Assembly (NCBI GenBank): GCA_964632215.1
Contig: CAZWBG010000001.1
Coordinates: forward strand, 241,776-305,775
Direction: 5' to 3'
Length of the DNA stretch: 64,000 bases
From: an uncultured Candidatus Saccharibacteria bacterium
GTDB lineage: Bacteria > Patescibacteriota > Saccharimonadia > Saccharimonadales > UBA7683
Shown here: piece after piece, positions 48,462-57,045 of the stretch
How positions within the stretch are numbered: the stretch's first letter is position 1
Layout of the letters: every line of letters starts with the position of its first letter
Notes under the pieces: generated by a model
What the model saw: only the letters and a program-made list of their open reading frames with translations
What the model was told of the DNA's origin: nothing
Database searches by the model: none
Translations under genes and position numbers: made by a program

Positions 48462-49256
48462 TCAGCAGTCAGGTGTCAGTTGCTGTTTGACTTGTTCTTG
48501 CCACCGCAACCGCTCAAACTGAACACTGTCAGTAGCTGGCATCGTGGAGTAGATGCAGCAATTCACTGCACCCCCTTGCACACCATGGGTGCGCAACAAG
48601 TACTCATCGATGAACTTACGTGCTGGGGTAGCGCAAGCCAACATCAAGTACTGGACCTGCATGTCCCACTCATGCTTGCCACCCACCATATCTGGCCTCA
48701 CGACATACGAATAGAATGTACCTCTGCTCGATGACCTTTTTGCCGAAGCCTCGGCAATCTCAATTACTCCTGGCAACTCAACCTTCAGAGTGGCAATTAC
48801 CTCCGCAAGCGCATCGTCAGGAATGTCGGCACCCCAACTCAACCGAGCCTGGTACCGATCAGCCACTAGCACGAAGTTGGGCAGAAGGCTCTCGAGGCCC
48901 TCCCATCCGAAGCGCAACTTTTCGAAACCGTAGAGCTGCGCCATAACCGCACCAAAAGGTGAAGCCACCAAACGAAATAAGTTTCGCCGTACGGCCTCAC
49001 TCAACTTGGGTTCATCAACCTTCAGATGCACCGCCCCACACTCGCAGTGAAGTGATCTTGGAACGGCCTCATCGATGAAGTCGATAGTGTCATCACCGAG
49101 GTCATACCGGAAGCACTTGATCACTTCGGCAAGCTGCTCATTAGTCATTTCAGTGGGCAGCAAGCTATCCATTTCTCGCACGGCCGCAGCTGCACTGGGC
49201 ATTGTCATTCTGACTCCTGTTGTCAAAGATTCACTAGCCAGGGTTCTGGCTAGCAT
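48462..49256 (-). CDS. Hypothetical Cys-containing protein in a GC-rich cassette
   Basis: 264 aa with HCECGAV and NCCIYS motifs. Codon usage and GC differ visibly from neighbouring genes. Start is ambiguous. Confidence 0.45.
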   Translation of the reverse strand: MLARTLASESLTTGVRMTMPSAAAAVREMDSLLPTEMTNEQLAEVIKCFRYDLGDDTIDFIDEAVPRSLHCECGAVHLKVDEPKLSEAVRRNLFRLVASPFGAVMAQLYGFEKLRFGWEGLESLLPNFVLVADRYQARLSWGADIPDDALAEVIATLKVELPGVIEIAEASAKRSSSRGTFYSYVVRPDMVGGKHEWDMQVQYLMLACATPARKFIDEYLLRTHGVQGGAVNCCIYSTMPATDSVQFERLRWQEQVKQQLTPDC

Positions 49257-49297
49257 CAGTGAGACCTACCTTATAAACTCAATCTCACTGATGCTAG

Positions 49298-50227
49298 CTA
49301 CAACGCTCCTGCGGCCGTCTTTAAAGAAAACTTGTCATCGATATGGGCCAGTACCTCCTCGCCTGCCCAACTCTGCGCACTCTTTATGTGCATGCGTACC
49401 GCTCGTGCGTGCATGGCATCCCAGTCTCTATCTATACTGCTTATAGCATTGTATACGGCATCAAGCGCTTCTTTTAGCTCGGGTTCTGCCCCAGCAATAT
49501 CAGCGCCAGTGCCACGTTCACGTTTGCGTACAAACTGGGAATACGGCAGTATGATGGGTGTGGTACCGATCTCCGACTCGATATAGTCAAGGTCATCCCG
49601 ATCCTCTATCTTATTAGCTACAACTACTAAGGGAATACCAAAACCTTTGTTGTGCTTCACAAACTGGTCATACACTGCAAGCGACTTCTTGGTCGGTTCA
49701 ACCATCAATGCAAGCGCATCTACTTTAGTAAACAATGTGGACGAAAACGCATCTGCACCTGCGGTCATATCAATTAGAATCAAATCATCTGCCTGGTCAA
49801 CAAAGTGAGATAGCACCAATTCTATCGCGCCGTTCAAGCCGTGGTAGCATTTAACTCCCAGGTTACCCTTTGGTATCTCACCGGCTCCGGCTACACGCAC
49901 CCCTTTATCACCTTCAGCAGTAAACGCATCCATGAACCAGGTATCTTGCATAGTCAGTAAGCGTGACCCTTCCCCTGGTGGGGTAGTCTTTTGCATTGTT
50001 TCTGCGTCGAAGCGCGGGTTATCACCACGAAGGTATTGTTTGATGTCGCTCAGTGCGTCACCCATGCTCTTTGGCTCCTTGATCACAGATAGTGCATTCA
50101 TTAGGTGCTGGTTAATATCAGCATCAAATACTAAAACTGATCGATTTTGGTTAGCCATATGAAGCGCAAACAGCGAGCACACCGTCGTCTTACCGCTACC
50201 ACCTTTTCCAACAAATGCAACTCTCAT
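49298..50227 (-). CDS. CooC/MinD-type (SIMIBI-class) P-loop ATPase, metallochaperone-like
   Basis: MRVAFVGKGGSGKTTVCSLFA...VLVFDADINQHL closely parallels the CooC/MinD deviant Walker A plus the DAD motif. Start taken at the internal ATG at 50227. Confidence 0.55.
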   Translation of the reverse strand: MRVAFVGKGGSGKTTVCSLFALHMANQNRSVLVFDADINQHLMNALSVIKEPKSMGDALSDIKQYLRGDNPRFDAETMQKTTPPGEGSRLLTMQDTWFMDAFTAEGDKGVRVAGAGEIPKGNLGVKCYHGLNGAIELVLSHFVDQADDLILIDMTAGADAFSSTLFTKVDALALMVEPTKKSLAVYDQFVKHNKGFGIPLVVVANKIEDRDDLDYIESEIGTTPIILPYSQFVRKRERGTGADIAGAEPELKEALDAVYNAISSIDRDWDAMHARAVRMHIKSAQSWAGEEVLAHIDDKFSLKTAAGAL

Positions 50228-50253
50228 GAACATTACTATATGATAGCCAGTCA

Positions 50254-50277
50254 AAATTTTGCAAATTAGTCGCAATT
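50254..50277 (+). repeat. Direct repeat copy 2 (AAATTTTGCAAATTAGTCGCAATT)
   Basis: Sits in the divergent promoter region between the CooC-like operon and fur. Confidence 0.8.
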
Positions 50278-50287
50278 TTGTATACTT

Positions 50288-50701
50288 TTGTATATGGAAG
50301 AAGATATTAAATCTACACTCAAACTATCCGGGCACAGTGCTACCAAAACTCGTCTACAAATATTCAGGGCTCTTGTACAAACACAGCCTGCCACCATGTC
50401 CCAACTTGTAAGAGCCGTTCTGACTGCTGACCGTGCGACGGTATACCGTACGATTGACCTTTTTGAAGAACTAGATATCGCCAAGAAGATCTATACAGGG
50501 TTTAAATTTCGCATTGAGCTAGGTGATACCTTTCAGGAACATCATCATCACCTAACCTGTCTGCGCTGTGGAGCAGTGAGTGATATTCATACACCTGAAA
50601 TTGAACATGCTATTGCTCAAGTTGCCGCGGAACATAGTTTTCGAAGTATCCGCCACGATTTTGAGATCACTGGGCTCTGTGCCCAGTGTCAAAATATCTA
50701 G
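50288..50701 (+). CDS. Fur-family metalloregulator (Fur/Zur)
   Basis: Winged-helix N-terminus (TKTRLQIFRAL), HHHHLTCLRCG metal site and a C-terminal CAQC. Confidence 0.8.
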   Translation: MYMEEDIKSTLKLSGHSATKTRLQIFRALVQTQPATMSQLVRAVLTADRATVYRTIDLFEELDIAKKIYTGFKFRIELGDTFQEHHHHLTCLRCGAVSDIHTPEIEHAIAQVAAEHSFRSIRHDFEITGLCAQCQNI

Positions 50702-50717
50702 ATTACCTCTATTGTCG

Positions 50718-50733
50718 ATCACATATTTGTGAT
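50718..50733. promoter_or_regulatory. 16-bp palindrome ATCACATATTTGTGAT upstream of the aquaporin gene
   Basis: Perfect 6-bp arms with a 4-bp spacer. It lies 17 nt after the fur stop and ~60 nt upstream of the aquaporin start (AGGAGG at 50771). Confidence 0.35.
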
Positions 50734-50793
50734 TTGTAACATATACGGTATAGTAGTAGCCAGGTATAAATCAATCCAAGGAGGATCCCCTTT

Positions 50794-51606
50794 ATGAAAG
50801 TGAAAAATTTAAACGTACAACCAACAGCATTGTTGGCGGAGCTCGTAGGAACGTTCATTCTTGCTACGGTTGCCGTAACAGTAGCAAATCCACTTATTGT
50901 GGGCTTTACGCTTGTAGTACTCGTGTTTGCACTCGGTGCCATCTCAGGTGCGCACCTTAACCCAGCCGTTACTTTCGGCCTTTGGTCTGTGCGCAAGATT
51001 AACTGGGTTACTATGCTCTTTTACTTTGCAATGCAGTTTGCTGGTGCATTACTTGCGCTACTACTTGTAGAAGTATTTCAGGGTAAGCAGTTCGGTATCT
51101 CGTTCGCTAGCTTCGGCAGCCTTGACAGTAAAATATTGCTCGCGGAGCTCTTTGGTGCTGCAGCCTTCACCTTTGCAGTAGCTGCTGCGGTTCAAAACAA
51201 GTTTGCTGATGTTGCCAAAGCATTTACTGTAGGTCTCGGTCTGCTTGTTGGTCTTGCTATTGGTGGCGGTCTACTTGGCCAAGCAGCCGCTAACCTTTCG
51301 TATAATGCACAGGGTGAAGTTACATCACGTATCGCCAAGGTAGATGGTGTGGTTATCAACCCGGCTATTGCCCTAGCTGTATCTGAGCAGAAAGCTGAAA
51401 ACCCTTATCAACAGCAACTTGGACAAACCCAAACTGAAACCAACCGACCAGCAAGCCGCCTTACACTTGAGGTAATTGTTGGTGGACTCCTTGGTGGTGC
51501 GATCGGTATGAACCTTTACTCACTCATCAATGGTGTTAACCCTTTTGCTAAGAAGGAAACTGTTGCAGCTCAAGTAACGAAAGTTTTCAAAAAAGGTAAG
51601 AAATAA
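50794..51606 (+). CDS. MIP-family channel (aquaporin/glycerol facilitator-like)
   Basis: Two NPA boxes (HLNPAVTFG and NPAIALA), six TM segments, and a strong RBS. Confidence 0.85.
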   Translation: MKVKNLNVQPTALLAELVGTFILATVAVTVANPLIVGFTLVVLVFALGAISGAHLNPAVTFGLWSVRKINWVTMLFYFAMQFAGALLALLLVEVFQGKQFGISFASFGSLDSKILLAELFGAAAFTFAVAAAVQNKFADVAKAFTVGLGLLVGLAIGGGLLGQAAANLSYNAQGEVTSRIAKVDGVVINPAIALAVSEQKAENPYQQQLGQTQTETNRPASRLTLEVIVGGLLGGAIGMNLYSLINGVNPFAKKETVAAQVTKVFKKGKK

Positions 51607-51696
51607 CTCAAAGCACAAGTCGTGACTGACCGCTCTGATAGCCCTGGGTAAAACCAGGGCTTCTCTTTTTATAAAGGATCTGCCAAAATATCTGCT

Positions 51697-52149
51697 ATGT
51701 TGAAAATATTTATCTGCACCTCATTCTCTTCAAAAATTGATTCCAGCGGAGCTGTTCTGTCAGAACACCGAGCAGCAATAGAATCTCTTCTCGTGCTTAT
51801 TACGAAGTTAGGTCATACTTACTTCTGTGCTATTGAGGATGAAGGCTGGCGTATTACCGAAGGTAACCCTGCCACCGAATTCAAACGGGACTTGGACCAT
51901 ATTAAAGAATCTGACATTATGATTGCACTGCTTGAGGATTCAATTTCTGCCGGCGTACAACTTGAAATCGGTTATATGCTTAACGAAATCGAGAAGGTAC
52001 CTTCTAAAAAACTAGTCCTGGCCCACCCCTCTAATACTGAGCTGGCATGGAGCAACCAGGCAATTAGTACTCTACCAAATGTGAATAAGGTATCCTATTC
52101 TACAAACCAAGATATCATAAACCACCTAGCCTTACAGAATACTGCTTAG
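51697..52149 (+). CDS. Nucleoside 2-deoxyribosyltransferase-like protein
   Basis: DIMIALLED...GVQLEIGY matches the NDT-family active-site region. Confidence 0.45.
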   Translation: MLKIFICTSFSSKIDSSGAVLSEHRAAIESLLVLITKLGHTYFCAIEDEGWRITEGNPATEFKRDLDHIKESDIMIALLEDSISAGVQLEIGYMLNEIEKVPSKKLVLAHPSNTELAWSNQAISTLPNVNKVSYSTNQDIINHLALQNTA

Positions 52150-53231
52150 TCCTCTATGCTAGGTCGGTCGATTAGTAGAGGCTCAACCGATGGGGTAGTA
52201 GCAGCAATCTTCACCACGTCTTTATCTACCTTTTTTAGTTCTTTAAAGGCGTTGTTGTAGTGATTAACTGTTGTGCCAAGACTATTGCCAAGTTTACCCA
52301 TTAACTCATTTTGTGCTGTAATGTGTCGTCCTAATTCGCCAACACGCTTTTGAATATCTTTGGCCTGTTCTTCAATCTGCAAGCTTCTGAGACCCTGCAG
52401 AACCGTCTGAAGATATGCCATAAAGCTTGTCGGACTCACAATAATAACGTGCTTTTCTTGGAAGGCGTATTCTATGAGATCTCGCGAGTTGGTAGCGGTT
52501 GTGCCGACTTTATTTATGAGTAGGTCGTAATAAAGCGACTCACTTGGTATGAACATAAAGGCAAAATCCATCGTGTTTTCATTCGGGCGAATGTATTTGC
52601 TTGTTTCATCGATTCGGTTTTTTAAATCTATCTTAAACTTCTTCACGATTGCTTCTTTAGTCGCTTTATCAGCCTCTTCAATTAATCGATTGTAGTTTTC
52701 TAACGAGAACTTGGAATCAATTGGTAAAACCTGATTTCTGTCGAGAAAAATAACAGCATCGACTGTCTCGCCATCTTCAAATTTGTACTGCATCTGAAAC
52801 TTATTGGGTGGCATAACATTCTCTAGCACACTTTGCAGATAATATTCACCTACCACACCTCGTTGTTTCGGGTTTTGCAGTACATTTTGTAGTGTCTTAA
52901 GTTCATCAGCTACGTCCACTACCCGCCTATTGGTTTCATCTAGTTTAGTCAGACGCTGCGTGACATCGGCAATTATTTTAGCACTCTGTGCAAACTGCCT
53001 TTGAATAGATTCGTTAGTCTGGGCTTGGTTCTGCTGCAGCTTCTGGCTGATATTTTCCTGCAAGCTATTTTGTAATTCGTTGACCCCTTTATTTAAACTA
53101 TCGAGGTCAGTCTTTAGCAGCTGCGTGGCCTGGTCATCTTTTGGAGCAGAGAGTTTTTGATTCAATACAAATATCACTACGCCAAAACCTAGCACCAAAA
53201 GTACAATGACCGTAATCAAAAGCATTTCCAT
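52146..53231 (-). CDS. rmuC: DNA recombination protein RmuC
   Basis: N-terminal TM, a long coiled coil and the C-terminal RmuC domain (FLDRNQVLPIDSKFSLENY, FAFMFIPSESLYYD). Confidence 0.75.
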   Translation of the reverse strand: MEMLLITVIVLLVLGFGVVIFVLNQKLSAPKDDQATQLLKTDLDSLNKGVNELQNSLQENISQKLQQNQAQTNESIQRQFAQSAKIIADVTQRLTKLDETNRRVVDVADELKTLQNVLQNPKQRGVVGEYYLQSVLENVMPPNKFQMQYKFEDGETVDAVIFLDRNQVLPIDSKFSLENYNRLIEEADKATKEAIVKKFKIDLKNRIDETSKYIRPNENTMDFAFMFIPSESLYYDLLINKVGTTATNSRDLIEYAFQEKHVIIVSPTSFMAYLQTVLQGLRSLQIEEQAKDIQKRVGELGRHITAQNELMGKLGNSLGTTVNHYNNAFKELKKVDKDVVKIAATTPSVEPLLIDRPSIED

Positions 53232-53252
53232 ACCTACAGTTTACTATACATA

Positions 53253-53927
53253 CTAGTAATTGTGTTGGTCATAACCCGGGAACCAGTCTTGTTTGAGTTG
53301 GCTCTTATGTACACCAAATTCCTTGAGCTGATTTTCCATAGCATCTACCATTGGCTCAGGCCCTGAGATATATATCAGACTCTCACGCACATGCGGTGCA
53401 AGCATTTCCACACGAGATGCGTCTAGCCGCTCACCAACCACATAATGCATCCCGAACTCAGGGTGCAATTCATTGAGTTTATCAAGCTCTGCCTTAAAGA
53501 CGATATCTTCGTCACGGCTTCCATACAGCAGCGTAAGCGCCAAAGGTGCGTTTTCATGATGGCGCTGTTTGAGTATGCTATGGAACGGTGTAATGCCAAT
53601 CCCGCCAGCAATAAAGATTCGCGGAGCATCACTTTTAGTCCATATAAAATCACCGCCAAACTGATCTGCCTCCACTACAGCCCCGGTATCGAGCGAGTTC
53701 AATGCTTGTTTAAAGAGGCTCGGTGTTACACGAGTCGTAATTTGAATATGTTTCTCGTAAGGTGCCGCTGAGATAGTGAACATCCGCTCATTCTCAGCTG
53801 GTGGCAAACCAGGCAAAGTGAGGCTAAGATATTGTCCAGCCTGCCAGGTGAGCAACGATTCTGGCTCAAAAATAAAAGATACAGCGCTACCTGCTTCAGT
53901 AAATTTACGCACAAATTTCAGATTCAT
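53253..53927 (-). CDS. Ferredoxin-NADP reductase-like FAD/NAD(P)-binding oxidoreductase
   Basis: RMFTIS (RxYS FAD motif) and a GGIGITP NAD(P) motif. Confidence 0.55.
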   Translation of the reverse strand: MNLKFVRKFTEAGSAVSFIFEPESLLTWQAGQYLSLTLPGLPPAENERMFTISAAPYEKHIQITTRVTPSLFKQALNSLDTGAVVEADQFGGDFIWTKSDAPRIFIAGGIGITPFHSILKQRHHENAPLALTLLYGSRDEDIVFKAELDKLNELHPEFGMHYVVGERLDASRVEMLAPHVRESLIYISGPEPMVDAMENQLKEFGVHKSQLKQDWFPGYDQHNY

Positions 53928-54097
53928 GGGCGGCTCCTTTTATATACCGAGTATAGTCCAAGAGTCAGTATATATCATATACTTTAATTATAACACATAT
54001 TGTTACCTAATGTCAAGTATCGTATCTGCCTGCCCTCGATGCTTCTAGTGTACTAGTTGACAATATAAACTTTAGTCACTAAACTATTAAATGATTC

Positions 54098-54547
54098 ATG
54101 GAAAACAGTACGCAACGAATTCAACTACTCGAACAGCTCATGAAGGCCATGGGCCAAGTTCATCGGCATATAGCCACAACACGTGATACTTTTCTAGCAA
54201 AGTTTGAACTTACCCGCCCACAGATAGAACTACTCTTCTCTCTTAAGCACGGCCATCACTCCACTGGCGAGCTTGCCCAACTGTTCAATGTAAGTTCATC
54301 TGCGGTTTCACAAATGGTCGACCAGCTAGCTGAGAAAAGCTTGGTAGAGCGCATTCGAGATGAGAAAGACAAACGCATTACCTACGTTCAACTCAGTAAA
54401 GAAGGTGCGAAAGCCTTCAAACAAATCCGTACCCACTTTACCCAACACCTCAACGAACGTTTTGTTGGAGTTACCAACGCCGAACTTGAGACATTACTCA
54501 CCGTTGTCACAAAGATTACGAAACAAATTGAAAAGGAAATGAACTAA
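54098..54547 (+). CDS. MarR-family transcriptional regulator
   Basis: 149-aa winged helix (LTRPQIELLFSLKHGHHSTGELAQLFNVSSSAVSQMVDQL). Confidence 0.8.
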   Translation: MENSTQRIQLLEQLMKAMGQVHRHIATTRDTFLAKFELTRPQIELLFSLKHGHHSTGELAQLFNVSSSAVSQMVDQLAEKSLVERIRDEKDKRITYVQLSKEGAKAFKQIRTHFTQHLNERFVGVTNAELETLLTVVTKITKQIEKEMN

Positions 54548-56203
54548 ATGGAGAAAATAAAAGCACGCGTCAGACAAACTGGTATTTTAAAGTGGATGCC
54601 GCTCATTGTACTGAGCCTGGCGCTCATGATTATTGTAATTGATACAACGGTACTGAATGTATCTATTAAGGCGATTCTTTTTGATCTTGATACAACAGTC
54701 CAGAACATTCAGTGGGTCATAACAGGATACTCCCTCACACTAGCCGCCTTAACCGTTACCGGTGGACGCTTGGGCGATCTCTTCGGCAGAAAGCGCATGT
54801 TCATTGCAGGTGCTCTTCTGTTTGCACTCGGGTCCCTCATTACCTCTTTTGCGCCAGATATTGCTTGGGTAATCTTCGGTAACGCCTTGATTGAGGGCAT
54901 TGGTGCAGCGCTTATGATGCCAGCTACCGCCTCTTTGCTCGTCAGTAATTATAGCGGCAAAGATCGTACTATTGGTTTTGCGGTGTGGGGTGGTGTCGCA
55001 GCAGCCGGTGCAGCACTCGGGCCAATTGTTGGTGGATTCCTCACCACACACTATTCATGGCGCTGGGCATTTCGTATCAACCTAGTTGTAGTTGTATTTT
55101 TACTACTCGGCTCGTACTTCATTAAAGAAGCTCGCGATAAAAGTGAGAAAGCTGAATTAGATTTTATTGGTATCTTCCTCTCCGCGGCAGGACTTACGAG
55201 TGTGGTGTACGGGCTAATCGAATCTAGTACCTATGGCTGGTGGATGGCAACGAAAGACTTCGCGATTTTCGGGCACCCATTCGCACCACTAGGACTTTCG
55301 ATTACCCCTATAGCCATTGCAGTTGGTTTACTACTTCTAGCCTTGTTCGGCTGGTGGGAGTACCGCCATGAAATTAGGGGCCACACTCCACTTGTCTCAT
55401 TAGCCCTATTTAAAAACAAACAGTTTACCGCTGGAGCAGCTGTTACTACCCTCTTGGCACTTGGTCAGACTGGCTTAATCTTCTCAATCCCTATCTTTTA
55501 CCAAAGCGTGAGTGGACTGGATGCTTTCCACACAGGCCTCGGGCTACTACCCCTTTCGCTCGCAGTCATGGTCGGAGCACCGCTTTCTATCAAGCTGGTT
55601 AAAACATTAACCCCTAAGCGCATTATTCAAATCGGCTTCCTTTGCATGATACTCGGAATGACCTACTTAGCACTCACACTTAATGTTGCCAGCAACGTCT
55701 GGACACTCGCACCTGGTCTGGCCCTGTATGGCTTAGGTATGGGTTTTGGTATGAGCCAACTAGGTAATCTAACTCTCTCTGCGGTTAAGGTTGATAAATC
55801 TGGTGAAGCATCTGGCGTCAACAGTACACTACGCCAAGTTGGTGCTTCGTTCGGTTCAGCCATCATTGGAGCCGTTCTCATTACCACACTTTCCAGCACG
55901 CTTGTGAACAAGATTCAAGCTAACCCGTTCATACCAGGAGTTGCTAAGCCCGCAATTTTAGCTGGGGTAGCAGAAGCTGGTTCTAACATTGAGTTTGAGG
56001 CACCAAAATCACATACTGATATTCCTGAGGGTATCGCTCACCAGATAGCACAAAATACGCATGAGGCTACAGTGGATGCAAGTCGCCTTACTCTTTGGCT
56101 TACCGCTGGAATTGCCGTTGCGTCGCTAGCACTTTCGGTCATCTTGCCTAATATCCGCAACCTCGAAACAAGCGAAGATGTTAAGCTCAGCTCTGGGCAC
56201 TAA
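54548..56203 (+). CDS. MFS transporter, DHA2 (14-TM drug:H+ antiporter) family
   Basis: 551 aa. GRLGDLFGRKRM motif. Start is immediately after the marR stop. Confidence 0.8.
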   Translation: MEKIKARVRQTGILKWMPLIVLSLALMIIVIDTTVLNVSIKAILFDLDTTVQNIQWVITGYSLTLAALTVTGGRLGDLFGRKRMFIAGALLFALGSLITSFAPDIAWVIFGNALIEGIGAALMMPATASLLVSNYSGKDRTIGFAVWGGVAAAGAALGPIVGGFLTTHYSWRWAFRINLVVVVFLLLGSYFIKEARDKSEKAELDFIGIFLSAAGLTSVVYGLIESSTYGWWMATKDFAIFGHPFAPLGLSITPIAIAVGLLLLALFGWWEYRHEIRGHTPLVSLALFKNKQFTAGAAVTTLLALGQTGLIFSIPIFYQSVSGLDAFHTGLGLLPLSLAVMVGAPLSIKLVKTLTPKRIIQIGFLCMILGMTYLALTLNVASNVWTLAPGLALYGLGMGFGMSQLGNLTLSAVKVDKSGEASGVNSTLRQVGASFGSAIIGAVLITTLSSTLVNKIQANPFIPGVAKPAILAGVAEAGSNIEFEAPKSHTDIPEGIAHQIAQNTHEATVDASRLTLWLTAGIAVASLALSVILPNIRNLETSEDVKLSSGH

Positions 56204-56982
56204 TCTGCTTTTTGTTGGGCCATATAATCCCAGGTTAGCTGTAGTCGGGTTGCGACATACCTGCAGAACTTACAGTTAGGACTATTTTTGGGCATCACCT
56301 CTTGCTCCAGTAGGTCTTTGATCTCTTGAATCTTAGGCTCAACCCAGTCAGAGTTTCCCTCATAAGGAAACACATTGGTTCGGAATTCTACTTTATTAAA
56401 AAAACCGTCTATCGTTGCGTCACCGTTGGCGTACACAAAGTAGCCAACATTACTAACCTTAAAGTCTAATTGTCGTAATAACCACTGATAAACTTCCATT
56501 TGGCGGCGATACACGTCATGCCAACCCCCGAGTGTGTCTAGGTCGGTGATTTCTTTGTTCTTTGCCGTTGCTTTGTAGTCAACTACGAGTAACTCACCTG
56601 CTGGTGTCACCCATAAATCATCGATGGCACCAAATATAACAAGGTTAGTTGGTTGATGCTCGTACTGTATGCCTACAAAGTTCTCTCGCCATTCATTGAG
56701 CATTTCGTGCGCAAACGGCTTGGCATCAACCTTAAACTCAATTTGCCATGGATGCTGTTCACCTTTTTTTCGATATGTATCAAACTCAGATTTCAAAAGT
56801 GTATCCACCGCGCTATTAATTAAAAAAGGTGGGCCGTCAGGTCGTTTAATACCCTTAACGGTTTCCAGCCAAAAACAGCGTGGGCAGTCAATATACAGCT
56901 CGATTTTGCTTCGACTAATACGAAAAGGTTTCGTTGCTTTTTTGTTATATATCCCACGATATCCAATTTGTCCCATACTCAT
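56200..56982 (-). CDS. PD-(D/E)XK nuclease, Cas4/RecB-like, with a 4-Cys cluster
   Basis: GAIDDL...LLVVDYK (D..D/ExK) plus N-terminal CPRC and C-terminal CKFC, the Cas4-family Fe-S arrangement. Confidence 0.55.
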   Translation of the reverse strand: MSMGQIGYRGIYNKKATKPFRISRSKIELYIDCPRCFWLETVKGIKRPDGPPFLINSAVDTLLKSEFDTYRKKGEQHPWQIEFKVDAKPFAHEMLNEWRENFVGIQYEHQPTNLVIFGAIDDLWVTPAGELLVVDYKATAKNKEITDLDTLGGWHDVYRRQMEVYQWLLRQLDFKVSNVGYFVYANGDATIDGFFNKVEFRTNVFPYEGNSDWVEPKIQEIKDLLEQEVMPKNSPNCKFCRYVATRLQLTWDYMAQQKAD

Positions 56983-57045
56983 CAGTATACCACTACCAAC
57001 TAGGCGCTAAACTTGTTATGCTTAGTGTATATGAGCAAAGAAAAA

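Noticed and set aside
50718-50733. CRP/FNR binding site
   Set aside because: The half-sites occur as TCACA-N4-TGTGA rather than TGTGA-N6-TCACA, so the spacing and orientation are wrong for CRP.
50709-50996. Minus-strand 95-aa ORF overlapping the aquaporin start
   Set aside because: Antisense to a gene with two NPA boxes and a strong RBS, and no motifs of its own.
54709-55911. Antisense ORFs within the MFS transporter (54709-54900, 54749-55051, 55231-55419, 55663-55911)
   Set aside because: They are embedded in a 14-TM MFS reading frame with clear signature motifs. The GC-rich antisense frames stay open by chance.
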